Positions 52,717 to 62,487 of a stretch of DNA of 64,000 bases are shown here, in pieces (position 1 is the stretch's first letter; every line of letters begins with the position of its first letter). The DNA comes from Acidimicrobiales bacterium (lineage in GTDB: Bacteria; Actinomycetota; Acidimicrobiia; Acidimicrobiales; JADJXE01), in NCBI GenBank assembly GCA_016716005.1, contig JADJXE010000001.1, positions 3,440,521-3,504,520 on the forward strand, read 5' to 3'. The notes beneath the pieces are model-generated. The model saw nothing but the letters and a program-made list of their open reading frames with translations, did no database searches and had not been told where the DNA came from. The position numbers were made by a program, and so were the translations under genes.

Positions 52717-53756
52717 TCGCGCTGCTCCTGGCCGGCGGCATCTCCCTGCTGGTGTCGCTGTTCGGCACCAGGTTCCTGATCGACTGGCTGCGGGCCCGCC
52801 GGGTCGGCCAGCCGATCATGCCCGAGAAGGAGGGCGGTCCGGTCGGGCACGACATCAAGGCCGGCACCCCCACGATGGGCGGCGTCGCCATCGTCGTCGC
52901 CGCGGGGGTCGGCTACGTGCTCGGTCACGTGCCCACCGGGGTCGTGTTCACCACCACGGGGCTGTGCGTGATCCTCGCGGTGGTGGGTGCGGGCGCGGTC
53001 GGCTTCCTCGACGACTGGATCAAGATCGCCAACGCCCGCAACCTCGGCCTCACCAAGAGCACGAAGGTGCTGGGCCTGCTGGCCGTGGCCACCGGGTTCG
53101 CGGTGCTGGCCCTCAGCTGGGGCGACGTCCACACGACCCTGTCGTTCACGCGCTACGACTCGCCCGGCTTGGAGCTGGGCAACGTGGGCTGGGCCCTCTG
53201 GGCGGTGCTGCTCGTGCTCGGCTCGGCCAACGCCGTGAACCTCACCGACGGGCTCGACGGCCTGGCCGCGGGGTCGTCGGCGCTCGCTTTCGCGGCCTTC
53301 GTCGTCATCGCGTTCTGGGCGTTCCGGCACCCCAGCATCTACGACGTGCGGCACGGGCTCGACCTGGCCGTGGTGGCGGCCGCCATGGTGGGCGCCCTGG
53401 CCGGGTTCCTCTGGTGGAACGCCTCGCCGGCGCAGATCTTCATGGGAGATACCGGCGCGCTCGCCATCGGCGCCGGGCTGGCCGCGCTGGCCCTCTCCGT
53501 GAACACCCAGCTGCTGCTGCCGATCATCGGCGGGCTGTTCGTGCTCGAGACCCTCTCGGTGATGCTCCAGGTCGCGAGCTACCGGGTGTTCCACCGACGC
53601 ATCTTCCGCATGGCCCCGTTCCATCACCACTTCGAGGTCGGGGGCTGGCCGGAGACCACGGTGATCGTGCGGTTCTGGATCCTCGCCGGCCTCTTCACGG
53701 GGTTGGCGCTGGCGATCTTCTACGCCGACTTCATCTCGACGGGAGCGCTGGACTAG
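52713..53756 (+). CDS. mraY: phospho-N-acetylmuramoyl-pentapeptide transferase
   Basis: GTG 52713 overlaps the murE stop (GTGA). LDDWIKI, NAVNLTDGLDGLA, MGDTGALAIG, APFHHHFE. Confidence 0.95.
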   Translation: MIALLLAGGISLLVSLFGTRFLIDWLRARRVGQPIMPEKEGGPVGHDIKAGTPTMGGVAIVVAAGVGYVLGHVPTGVVFTTTGLCVILAVVGAGAVGFLDDWIKIANARNLGLTKSTKVLGLLAVATGFAVLALSWGDVHTTLSFTRYDSPGLELGNVGWALWAVLLVLGSANAVNLTDGLDGLAAGSSALAFAAFVVIAFWAFRHPSIYDVRHGLDLAVVAAAMVGALAGFLWWNASPAQIFMGDTGALAIGAGLAALALSVNTQLLLPIIGGLFVLETLSVMLQVASYRVFHRRIFRMAPFHHHFEVGGWPETTVIVRFWILAGLFTGLALAIFYADFISTGALD

Positions 53757-55105
53757 TGGTCGAGGACGCCGTGCGCGGTCCGGCGCTGGTGTTCGGCCTG
53801 GGTGTCACCGGCCAGGCTGTCGCCCGCACCCTCGCCGGACGCGGGGTCGAGGTCGTGCTGGCCGACGACATGCCGTCCCCAGCCGCCAGCGACCTCGCCC
53901 GGGAGCTCGGCGTGCCGCTGCACGCCGCCCCCTCGCTGCACGGGCTGCGTGCGCTGGTCACGTCGTCGGAGATCGTCGTCCCGAGCCCGGGCGTGCCGGA
54001 AGGCCACCCGGTCATCCAGGAGGCACTGGCGCTGGGCGTGCCGGTGCGGAGCGAGTTCGACCTGGCGACGGCCTGGGAGGATCGCCGGCCCTTCGTGGCG
54101 ATCACCGGCACCGACGGCAAGACCACCGTCACCACGATGGTCACGGCCATGCTCGAGGCGTCGGGCATCTCGGCGGTGGCGTGCGGCAACACCGAGGTGC
54201 CCCTCGTGACCGCACTCGACCTGCCCGTCGACGTGTTCGTGGTCGAGGCCTCGAGCTTCCGCCTGCGCTTCGCCGAGGCGTTCCACCCGAGGGTGGGCAC
54301 CTGGCTCAACTTCGCCGATGACCATCTCGACTGGCATCCCTCGATCGAGGCGTACGCCGCGGCCAAGGCCCACATCTGGGCGGTGCTGGGGCCCGACGAC
54401 GTGGCCATCGCCAACGCCGACGACGCGGTGGTGGCCGGGCACCTCGCCGAGGTCCGCGCCCGCCGCGTCACCTTCGGCACCGCCGACCGCGGCGAGGCCG
54501 ACTGGCACCTGGCCGGGTCCACCCTCGTCGGACCCGGCGGCGCCATAGTGACCACGGTGGAGCGCCTGACCCGCTCGTTGCCGCACGACATCGCGAATGC
54601 GCTGGCGGCGGCGGCCACCGCGGTCGAGGCCGGCGCCTCCCTCGATGCCGTGCGATCCACGCTCGAGACGTTCCGAGGGCTCCCGCACCGGGTGACCCTC
54701 GTCGCCGACGTGGGAGGCGTGGCCTGGTACGACGATTCGAAGGCCACGGCGCCCCACGCCACTCTGGCGGCGGTGCGAGGCTTCCCGTCGGTCGTGCTGA
54801 TCGCCGGCGGGCGGAACAAGGGCCTCGACCTCTCCGAGCTCGCGGCGGCCGCTCCCCACGTGCGCGCCGTCGTCGCCATCGGTGAGGCCGCCGCTGACGT
54901 CGTGGAGGCGTTCCGGGGTCTGCGGCCGGTGCTCGTGGCGGGGTCGATGGCCGAGGCCGTGGCGGAGGCCGCCCGGCTGGCCCGGCCCGGCGACGCCGTG
55001 TTGCTCTCCCCCGGGTGCGCGTCGTTCGACTGGTACCGCTCGTACGCCGAGCGGGGCGACGACTTCAGCCGAGCGGTCCGGGTGCTCACCGGGGTGGGGG
55101 CGTGA
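53756..55105 (+). CDS. murD: UDP-MurNAc-L-Ala:D-Glu ligase
   Basis: GTG 53756 overlaps the mraY TAG. GLGVTGQAVA, ITGTDGKTT, DDSKATAPHA. Confidence 0.95.
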   Translation: MVEDAVRGPALVFGLGVTGQAVARTLAGRGVEVVLADDMPSPAASDLARELGVPLHAAPSLHGLRALVTSSEIVVPSPGVPEGHPVIQEALALGVPVRSEFDLATAWEDRRPFVAITGTDGKTTVTTMVTAMLEASGISAVACGNTEVPLVTALDLPVDVFVVEASSFRLRFAEAFHPRVGTWLNFADDHLDWHPSIEAYAAAKAHIWAVLGPDDVAIANADDAVVAGHLAEVRARRVTFGTADRGEADWHLAGSTLVGPGGAIVTTVERLTRSLPHDIANALAAAATAVEAGASLDAVRSTLETFRGLPHRVTLVADVGGVAWYDDSKATAPHATLAAVRGFPSVVLIAGGRNKGLDLSELAAAAPHVRAVVAIGEAAADVVEAFRGLRPVLVAGSMAEAVAEAARLARPGDAVLLSPGCASFDWYRSYAERGDDFSRAVRVLTGVGA

Positions 55106-56268
55106 CGCCGCCGCGCGCCACGGCGACGCGCCACGGCGCGGCCGGCCGCACCCACGGCACGCGGGCACCGTCCGTCCCGGGGCGCTTCGTCCTCCTCGCC
55201 TCGCTCGTCGTGGTCCTCAACCTCATCGGGCTGGTGATGGTGCTCTCGTCGTCGTCGGTGCAGGCGCTGCACGACTACGGCTCCTCCTGGCGCTACTTCA
55301 ACCGCCAGGTGGTCTGGGTGAGCCTCGGGGCGTTGGTGCTGGTGGGCGCGCTCCGGGTCGACTACCGCCAGTGGCGTCGGATCACGGTCCCGCTGCTCCT
55401 GCTGTCGTATGCGCTGCTGGTGCTCGTGCTCGTGCCCGGCCTGGGCGTGACGGTCAACGGCTCCACCAGCTGGCTCGGCATGGGCGAGCTGCGCTTCCAG
55501 CCGGCCGAGCTGGTGAAGCTGGCCCTGCTGCTCTACGCATGCGATCTGCTCACCCGGCGCTCGCACCGGGTGGACGACGTCCGCTACACCGTGGGGCCGG
55601 TGGTGCTGGTGCTCTCGGGCGCCGTCTTCCTGATGATGTTGCAGCCCGACCTCGGCACCGCCCTGGTCACGGTGGCCGTCGTGTTCTCGGTGCTGTTCGT
55701 GGCGGGCACGCCCCTCCTGCCGCTCGCGGGGCTGCTGCTCGTGGGGACGGGCGCCGCCGTGGCCCTGTCGTTCAGCGCCGGCTACCGGCGGGCGCGGCTG
55801 CTGGCTTTCGTCGACCCGTGGAAGGACCCGCTGAACACCGGGTACCAGACCGTGCAGTCGCTGGTGGGCTTGGCCTCGGGCGGCATCAGCGGGGTGGGGC
55901 TCGGCGCCAGCCGGGCCAAGTGGGGCTTCCTGCCCCACGCCCACACCGATTTCATCTTCGCCATCATCGGCGAGGAGCTGGGCCTGGTGGGCGCCCTCAT
56001 CGTCGTGGCCCTGTTCGTGGCGTTCGGCGTGGTCGGCGTGGGCGTGGCCATGGCTGCACCCGATCGCTTCGGCATGTTGCTCGCGGCCGGCATCACGGCG
56101 TGGATCCTCGTGCAGGCCTTCGTGAACATGGGGGCGGTGGTCGGCGTCCTGCCGATCACCGGTCTGACGCTCCCGTTCGTCTCGTTCGGGGGATCGTCGG
56201 TGCTGGTGTCGATGGCGGCGGCGGGGATGCTGCTCAACGTGGCCCGGCGGGGCCGGGCGAGGCGGTGA
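55102..56268 (+). CDS. ftsW: SEDS-family peptidoglycan polymerase FtsW
   Basis: GTG 55102 overlaps the murD stop. QPAELVKLAL, HTDFIFAIIGEELG and ten-TM-like hydrophobicity. Confidence 0.95.
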   Translation: MTPPRATATRHGAAGRTHGTRAPSVPGRFVLLASLVVVLNLIGLVMVLSSSSVQALHDYGSSWRYFNRQVVWVSLGALVLVGALRVDYRQWRRITVPLLLLSYALLVLVLVPGLGVTVNGSTSWLGMGELRFQPAELVKLALLLYACDLLTRRSHRVDDVRYTVGPVVLVLSGAVFLMMLQPDLGTALVTVAVVFSVLFVAGTPLLPLAGLLLVGTGAAVALSFSAGYRRARLLAFVDPWKDPLNTGYQTVQSLVGLASGGISGVGLGASRAKWGFLPHAHTDFIFAIIGEELGLVGALIVVALFVAFGVVGVGVAMAAPDRFGMLLAAGITAWILVQAFVNMGAVVGVLPITGLTLPFVSFGGSSVLVSMAAAGMLLNVARRGRARR

Positions 56269-57401
56269 CCGGCTTCCCCGCCCCGCCGTCGCCCGATCCG
56301 GACCGGGCCTGGGCCGTGCTGGCCGGTGGTGGCACGGCCGGCCACGTGCTGCCGGGGCTCGCCATCGCCCGCGCCCTGTCCGCTCGCGGGCGGGGCCCGC
56401 TGCACCTGGTCGGGAGCCGTCGGGGGGTGGAGGTCGGCCTGGTCCCCGAGGCCGGGTACGCGCTCACCGTCCTGCCCGGTCGTGGGATCCAGCGGCGCCT
56501 CACCGTCGCCAACGCGAGTGCGGTGGCCGGCCTGCTCGCCGCGGCGGTCCAGGCGCTGGTGCTGATCCGGCGGCTCCGCCCGGCCGTGGTCGTGTCGCTC
56601 GGCGGCTACGCCAGCGTGCCCTGCGCGCTGGCCGCCGTCTTCTGGCGGGTCCCGATCGTCGTCGCCGAGCAGAACGCGGTGCCGGGTGCGGCCAACCGGC
56701 TCGTCGCCCGGTTCGCCCGCGTGTCGGCCGTCTCGTTCCCGGGCACCGCGCTCCCGCGGGCGGTCGTCACCGGCAACCCGGTCCGGGCCGAGGTGCTGGC
56801 CGTCGACCGGTCGGCCCAGCGCGCCGATGCCCGGCGCTGGCTCGGGCTGCCCGACGACCGCGTCGTCGTGCTCGCCTTCGGCGGGTCGCTCGGCGCTGGT
56901 CGCATCAACGAGGCCGTCGTCGCTCTGTGCGGCAGGTGGCTCGGGCGACATGACGTGGCCGTGCGGCACGTGACCGGGGCGCGCAACTGGCCTCCCGCCG
57001 GGCCGCGGCCCGATCCACCACCCGGTGGCCTCGTGTACCAGGCCGTGCCCTACGAGGACGACATGGCGCGGGCGTACGCGGCCGCCGACCTGGTGGTGGC
57101 CCGGGCCGGCGCCACCACGGTGGCAGAGCTCGCGGTCGTCGGGATGCCGGCCGTGCTGGTGCCGCTCCCAGGTGCGCCGGGTGACCACCAGACCGCGAAC
57201 GCCCGCTGGCTCGAGCGGGCCGGTGCGGCCGTGGTCGTGCCCGACGACGCCTGCTCGGGCGCCCGGCTGGCCGAGGAGCTCGAGGCGGTGCTCGCCCGGC
57301 CCGGCCACCTGGCCGCCATGGCCGCGTCGGCTGGGGCCGTTGCCCGCCCCGACGCGGCCGAGCGGGTGGCCGACCTGGTGGAGGCGGCTGCCCGTGGCTG
57401 A
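56265..57401 (+). CDS. murG: UDP-GlcNAc:lipid I GlcNAc transferase
   Basis: GTG 56265 overlaps the ftsW stop. LAGGGTAGHVLPGLAIA, ...GDHQTANA. Confidence 0.95.
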   Translation: MTGFPAPPSPDPDRAWAVLAGGGTAGHVLPGLAIARALSARGRGPLHLVGSRRGVEVGLVPEAGYALTVLPGRGIQRRLTVANASAVAGLLAAAVQALVLIRRLRPAVVVSLGGYASVPCALAAVFWRVPIVVAEQNAVPGAANRLVARFARVSAVSFPGTALPRAVVTGNPVRAEVLAVDRSAQRADARRWLGLPDDRVVVLAFGGSLGAGRINEAVVALCGRWLGRHDVAVRHVTGARNWPPAGPRPDPPPGGLVYQAVPYEDDMARAYAAADLVVARAGATTVAELAVVGMPAVLVPLPGAPGDHQTANARWLERAGAAVVVPDDACSGARLAEELEAVLARPGHLAAMAASAGAVARPDAAERVADLVEAAARG

Positions 57402-58794
57402 GGCGGCGTCGACGGCTCTCCCGCTCGACCTCCGGCGGCGGCGCACCGTGCACCTGGTCGGCGTGGGCGGTGCCGGCATGAGCGGTCTGGCCGAGCTCCT
57501 CGCGGCCGGCGGTCACCGCGTCTCCGGAAGCGACGAGGTCGACTCGCCCGTGCTCGACCAGCTCCGGGACCGGGGCGTCGACGTCTGGGTGGGGCACCGG
57601 CCCGGCGGCGTCGGGGAGGTGGACGCCCTGGCGGCGTCGACGGCGGTGCCGCCGGACGACCCGGAGGTGCTGGCCGCCCGTGCGGCCGGGGTGCCGGTGC
57701 TCACCCGGGCCCAGCTCCTGCGGTCGCTGGCTGCCCTGCGGCGCGTGGCCGCCATCTCGGGTACCCACGGCAAGACCACGACCACGGCGATGGTGTCGAG
57801 GATCCTGGAGGCCGCCGGCTCCCGTCCCTCCTACCTGGTCGGCGGGCAGCTGCCGGGGCAGGGCGTCGGGGCGCGCTGGGACGACGGCGAGTGGTTCGTC
57901 GTCGAGGCCGACGAGAGCGACGGCACGTTCCTCGAGCTGGGGGCCGAGTCGGTCCTCGTCACGAACGTGGAGCCGGACCACCTGGACCACTGGGGGACCG
58001 AGGCGGCGCTGCGGCACGCCTTCGAGCGCTTCGTGGCAGGGGCGGGCGGACGCCGCCTGGTCTGTGCCGACGACCCCGGTGCGTCGGCCCTGGCCGCGCT
58101 CCCTGGTGTGACCACGTACGGGGAGTCGGGAGGGGCCACCTTCCGGGTGGTCGGGTTGGAGCCGGTGCCCGGTGGGAGTCGCTTCGAGGTCTGGCGAGAG
58201 GCGGAGCTGCTCGCCGACGTGCGCCTCGCGATCCCTGGCCGGCACCTGGCCTTGAACGCCGCGGGCGCGCTGGCACTCACGGTGCTGCTGGGGTCGCCAC
58301 CCGAGGCTGCCCGGCGGGCCCTGGCCGTGTTCGCCGGCGTGGGTCGGCGCTTCGAGCGCCGCGGCGAGGCCGGCGGCATCACGTTCGTGGACGACTACGC
58401 GCACCTGCCCACCGAGGTGGCGGCCAACGTGCGGGCTGCCCGCGAGGGGGGGTGGCGGCGCGTGGTCTGCGTGTTCCAGCCCCACCGCTACAGCCGCACC
58501 GAGGCTCTCGCCGAGGCGTTCGGCCCTTCGTTCGAGGGGGCCGACCTGGTGGTCGTCACCGACGTGTACGGCGCAGGTGAGGCGCCCCAGCCGGGTGTCA
58601 CCGGCCGGCTGGTGGCCGAGGCGGTCGGCGCGTCGTTGCCGGCGGTGCCGGTGCGCTACGCCCCGGGGCGCGACGAGCTGGTGGCGGTGCTGCTCGACGA
58701 GCTCCGGGAGGGCGACGTGTGCCTCACGCTCGGCGCCGGCGACCTCACGACCCTTCCCGACGAGCTGCTGGGCCGCCTGCGGGGCGAAGCGTGA
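57394..58794 (+). CDS. murC: UDP-N-acetylmuramate:L-alanine ligase
   Basis: GTG 57394 overlaps the murG 3' end by 8 nt. VGVGGAGMSGLA, SGTHGKTTTT, EADESDG. Confidence 0.95.
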   Translation: MAEAASTALPLDLRRRRTVHLVGVGGAGMSGLAELLAAGGHRVSGSDEVDSPVLDQLRDRGVDVWVGHRPGGVGEVDALAASTAVPPDDPEVLAARAAGVPVLTRAQLLRSLAALRRVAAISGTHGKTTTTAMVSRILEAAGSRPSYLVGGQLPGQGVGARWDDGEWFVVEADESDGTFLELGAESVLVTNVEPDHLDHWGTEAALRHAFERFVAGAGGRRLVCADDPGASALAALPGVTTYGESGGATFRVVGLEPVPGGSRFEVWREAELLADVRLAIPGRHLALNAAGALALTVLLGSPPEAARRALAVFAGVGRRFERRGEAGGITFVDDYAHLPTEVAANVRAAREGGWRRVVCVFQPHRYSRTEALAEAFGPSFEGADLVVVTDVYGAGEAPQPGVTGRLVAEAVGASLPAVPVRYAPGRDELVAVLLDELREGDVCLTLGAGDLTTLPDELLGRLRGEA

Positions 58795-59732
58795 GCCGCA
58801 CCACCGCCGATCCGGGCCGGGTGGCGCGGGCCGTGGGCGAGCTGGAGGGCCTCGCCCTCGTCGACGAGCCGCTCGGGCCCAGGACCACGTACCGGGTGGG
58901 GGGCGCCGCGGCCGTCCTCGTCGAAGCGGGCGGTGACGACGACCTGCGACGGGTGCGAGCCGCCCGGCGGGCGAGCGGCCTGCCGACGCTGGTGCTGGGT
59001 CGGGGCTCCAACGTGCTGGTGGCCGACGCCGGCTTTCCCGGCATCGTCGTTCTGCTGGGCCCGGCCTTCGCCGACGTGGTCGTCAGCGGCGACCAGGTCA
59101 GGGCCGGCGGGGCGGTGAGCCTGCCCGTGCTCGCTCGCCGCACGGTGGCGGCCGGGCTCACGGGGCTGGAGTGGGCCGTGGGCGTGCCGGGGTCCGTCGG
59201 CGGAGCGGTGCGCATGAACGCCGGCGGCCACGGCTCGGACCTGCGGGCCACGTTGCTGCGGGTCCGCGTCGTCGACCTCGCCGGGGACGAGGATGGAGAG
59301 GTGAGTGTCGACCAGCTCGGCCTGGGCTACCGATCGTCGGCACTGCGTGACGACCAGGTCGTCGTCTGGGCCGAGTTCGCCCTGGCGCGCGGGAGCGTCG
59401 CGGCCGGCGAGGCAGAGCTGGCCGAGATCGTGCGCTGGCGGCGGGAGCACCAGCCCGGCGGCCAGAACGCCGGTTCGGTCTTCGCGAACCCGCCGGGTGA
59501 CGCCGCCGGGCGGCTGATCGACGCCGCCGGGCTGCGGGGCCTGCGCTGGGGGAGCGCGCAGGTGTCGGAGAAGCACGCCAACTTCATCCAGGCCGACGAG
59601 GGCGGGTCGGCCGACGATGTCCGCACCCTGATCCTCGAGGTGCAGGATCGGGTCGCCCGTCAGTTCGGCGTGCGCCTGCAGCCCGAGCTGCGGCTCGTCG
59701 GCTTCGAGCCCGTGACCGAGGAGCCGGTGTGA
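58791..59732 (+). CDS. murB: UDP-N-acetylenolpyruvoylglucosamine reductase
   Basis: GTG 58791 overlaps the murC stop. TYRVGGAA, LGRGSNVLV, GVPGSVGGAVRMNAG, AGSVFANP. Confidence 0.9.
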   Translation: MSRTTADPGRVARAVGELEGLALVDEPLGPRTTYRVGGAAAVLVEAGGDDDLRRVRAARRASGLPTLVLGRGSNVLVADAGFPGIVVLLGPAFADVVVSGDQVRAGGAVSLPVLARRTVAAGLTGLEWAVGVPGSVGGAVRMNAGGHGSDLRATLLRVRVVDLAGDEDGEVSVDQLGLGYRSSALRDDQVVVWAEFALARGSVAAGEAELAEIVRWRREHQPGGQNAGSVFANPPGDAAGRLIDAAGLRGLRWGSAQVSEKHANFIQADEGGSADDVRTLILEVQDRVARQFGVRLQPELRLVGFEPVTEEPV

Positions 59733-60520
59733 CCACCTCGGCGACGGCTCGGACCGCTCCCCGGCCACGGGTCGATCCCCGGCTGCGGGCCCGCCGGATC
59801 TCCGTGCGCCGGGCCGAGGGTCGCCGTCGGCTCCACCGGCTGGCCCTCCTCGCGTTGGTGATCGGTCTGGCCGCGGCCGCCTGGGGGGTGACGCGGTCGC
59901 CGGTCCTCGACATCGACCGGATCCAGGTCCGGGGGGCCGGCCGCACCGCGGTGGCCACGGTGCTCGCCACCTCGGGCATCGAGCGGGGGAGCGCCCTCAC
60001 CGAGCTCGACCCCGGGGCGGTGGAAGCCAGGCTGGAGCGCCTCCCGTGGGTGGCGCGGGCCGAGGTCGAGCGTCGGTGGCCCGGCTCGGTCGAGGTGACC
60101 GTGCACGAGCGGGTGCCGGTGGCGTTGGTGACCGACCAGGCCGGCGGACGATTCCTGGTCGACGGGGCCGGGCGGGTGCTGGCCGGCGTCGTGTCGGCCT
60201 CGGCCGATCTGCCCCGGGTCGACGGGGTGGCGCCGGTGGGGGCGCCGGGTACGGACGTGGAGGCCACGACCCTCGATGCCGTGCGGCTCGCTCGACTCCT
60301 CCCCGGTCGGCTCCGGCCGGAGGTCGACGCGGTGCGAGTCGACGGCGACGACCTGGTGCTGGAGCTGGTCGGCGGGGGCCGGGTGCTGGTGGGCGACGGC
60401 CGCGATCTGGGCACCAAGCTGCTCGCCACCGGGGCGGTTCTGGCCCGGGTGGGGGAGCTCAGCGGCACGCTGGATGTGCGCGTTCCTGCCTCTCCGGTCT
60501 TGACCGGAGGCCCCCAGTGA
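59729..60520 (+). CDS. ftsQ: cell division protein FtsQ (POTRA domain)
   Basis: GTG 59729 overlaps the murB stop. A basic N-terminus, a TM segment, then the POTRA-like IDRIQVRGAGRTAVATVLATSGIERGSAL. Confidence 0.85.
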   Translation: MTTSATARTAPRPRVDPRLRARRISVRRAEGRRRLHRLALLALVIGLAAAAWGVTRSPVLDIDRIQVRGAGRTAVATVLATSGIERGSALTELDPGAVEARLERLPWVARAEVERRWPGSVEVTVHERVPVALVTDQAGGRFLVDGAGRVLAGVVSASADLPRVDGVAPVGAPGTDVEATTLDAVRLARLLPGRLRPEVDAVRVDGDDLVLELVGGGRVLVGDGRDLGTKLLATGAVLARVGELSGTLDVRVPASPVLTGGPQ

Positions 60521-60542
60521 CGATATACGTTCGAGCAGGAGT

Positions 60543-60568
60543 TGAGGTTGACATAACTATCAACCTCA
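60543..60568. promoter_or_regulatory. 9-bp perfect inverted repeat containing a TTGACA hexamer, in the AT-rich ftsQ-ftsZ spacer
   Basis: tgaggttga (60543-51), an 8-nt loop cataacta, then tcaacctca (60560-68). TTGACA lies at 60548-53. Additional GGTCAAC/GGTCAAG half-sites lie at 60569 and 60600. Confidence 0.4.
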
Positions 60569-60692
60569 GGTCAACGTCGAGAGTGTGGACATCGTCGCAG
60601 GTCAAGGGCCCTGTTCGCCCGTCTCGGTCGCCCAACCGCCCCACCACGTTGCGCGGCGTCGCCGCTCGACCCATCCCCGGAGGTACCCCAAC

Positions 60693-61766
60693 ATGGCCGG
60701 CAACCCGCAGAACTACCTCGCGGTGATCAAGGTCGTCGGCATCGGCGGCGGCGGGGTGAACGCTGTCAACCGGATGATCGATGCCGGCCTCAAGGGCGTG
60801 GAGTTCATCGCCGTCAACACCGACGCCCAGGCCCTGCTCATGAGCGACGCGGACGTGAAGCTCGACATCGGGCGGGAGCTCACCCGCGGCCTGGGGGCGG
60901 GCAGCGACCCGGAGGTCGGCCGACAGGCCGCCGACGCCCACCGCCAGGAGATCGAGGAGGTGCTGAAGGGGGCCGACATGGTGTTCATCACGGCCGGCAA
61001 GGGCGGTGGCACCGGCACCGGGGCGGCCCCGGTCGTCGCGGAGGTCTCCAAGAGCCTCGGCGCTCTCACCATCGGCGTGGTGACGAGGCCGTTCGCCTTC
61101 GAGGGGCGCCGGCGGGCCGTCCAGGCCGAGTCCGGCATCCAGAAGCTGAAGGAGAAGGTCGACACGCTGATCGTCATCCCCAACGACCGGCTGCTGACCG
61201 TCTCGAACGAGAAGACGTCGGTGCTCAACGCCTTCAAGATGGCCGACGAGGTCCTCCTCCAGGGCGTCCAGGGCATCACCGACCTCATCACGACGCCCGG
61301 TCTCATCAACACCGACTTCGCCGACGTGAAGATGATCATGAGCAACGCCGGGTCGGCCCTGATGGGGATCGGCCACGGTGCCGGCGAGGGGCGGGCCCAG
61401 GCCGCGGCCCGTGCCGCCATCTCGAGCCCGCTGCTCGAGGCCTCGATCGACGGCGCCCGGGGGATCCTGCTGTCGATCGCCGGCGGCTCCGACCTCGGGC
61501 TGTTCGAGGTGAACGAGGCGGCCGAGATCATCCACGGCGTCGCCCACCCCGACGCCAACATCATCTTCGGGGCCATCATCGACGACGCCATGGGTGACGA
61601 GGTCCGGGTGACCGTGATCGCGGCCGGCTTCGACCGCTGGGACGGCGGGCGCGAGAAGGAGGAGCCGGCCGAGCGCGGCTTCGGCGGCGATCTGTTCGGA
61701 CCGGAGGACGACGACCTCGACCTCGGGCGTGACGACGACTTCGACGTCCCGTCATTCCTCAAGTAG
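60693..61766 (+). CDS. ftsZ: cell division GTPase FtsZ
   Basis: ATG 60693 follows ccggaggt. [13 protein letters not shown], the tubulin signature [13 protein letters not shown], and the C-terminal peptide DFDVPSFLK. Confidence 0.97.
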   Translation: MAGNPQNYLAVIKVVGIGGGGVNAVNRMIDAGLKGVEFIAVNTDAQALLMSDADVKLDIGRELTRGLGAGSDPEVGRQAADAHRQEIEEVLKGADMVFITAGKGGGTGTGAAPVVAEVSKSLGALTIGVVTRPFAFEGRRRAVQAESGIQKLKEKVDTLIVIPNDRLLTVSNEKTSVLNAFKMADEVLLQGVQGITDLITTPGLINTDFADVKMIMSNAGSALMGIGHGAGEGRAQAAARAAISSPLLEASIDGARGILLSIAGGSDLGLFEVNEAAEIIHGVAHPDANIIFGAIIDDAMGDEVRVTVIAAGFDRWDGGREKEEPAERGFGGDLFGPEDDDLDLGRDDDFDVPSFLK

Positions 61767-61770
61767 CGCG

Positions 61771-62487
61771 GTGACGCCCTCCGCCCTCCGGGCGGCGTGG
61801 ACGGCCGCCGTGGCCGGCGGCGTGGTGCGGGTGCGCTTCACCGGGCGGGCCGAGGGGGATCTGGCGGTGACGGGCCCCGAGGCGGCCCTGCGCGAGCGCA
61901 GGGCCGCCGTCGTCGACGTGCCCTGGACCTGGCTCCGGCAGGTGCACGGGGCCGCGGTCGTCGTGGTCGACGTGCCCGGTGCCCACGCCGGCGCGACCGC
62001 CGACGCGGCGGTGACGACGGTGCCCGGAGCGGCCCTCGCCGTCCACACGGCCGATTGCGCGCCCATCGCCCTGGTGTCGGCGGACGGGGTGATCGCAGCG
62101 GTGCACGCCGGCTGGCGGGGCCTCGAGGCGGGGGTGGTCGCTGCGGCAGCGGGAGCGATGCGGGGCCTGGGGGCGGGACGGATCGAGGCGCTCGTCGGCC
62201 CGTGCATCGGCCCCGAGTGCTACGAGTTCGGCGCCGGTGAGCTCGACCGGCTCGCGGCGCGGTTCGGCCCGACCGTGCGGGCCCGCACCACTGCCGGCAG
62301 GCCCGCGCTCGACCTGCCTGCCGCCGTGCGGGTCGCGCTGGCCGAGGTCGACGTGGTGGTGCGGGGCCAGGCGGGGCAGGCCCCCGCCTGCACCGCGTGC
62401 CGGGCCGACGAGTGCTTCTCCCACCGGGCCCGGGGTGAGGGAGAGCGCCAGGCGCTCGTGATGTGGCTGGAGGCGTCGGACCGGTGA
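61771..62487 (+). CDS. pgeF: peptidoglycan editing factor PgeF (YfiH/laccase-domain protein)
   Basis: GTG 61771. HTADCAPI, HAGWRG and a C-terminal C..C..FSHR. Confidence 0.85.
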   Translation: MTPSALRAAWTAAVAGGVVRVRFTGRAEGDLAVTGPEAALRERRAAVVDVPWTWLRQVHGAAVVVVDVPGAHAGATADAAVTTVPGAALAVHTADCAPIALVSADGVIAAVHAGWRGLEAGVVAAAAGAMRGLGAGRIEALVGPCIGPECYEFGAGELDRLAARFGPTVRARTTAGRPALDLPAAVRVALAEVDVVVRGQAGQAPACTACRADECFSHRARGEGERQALVMWLEASDR

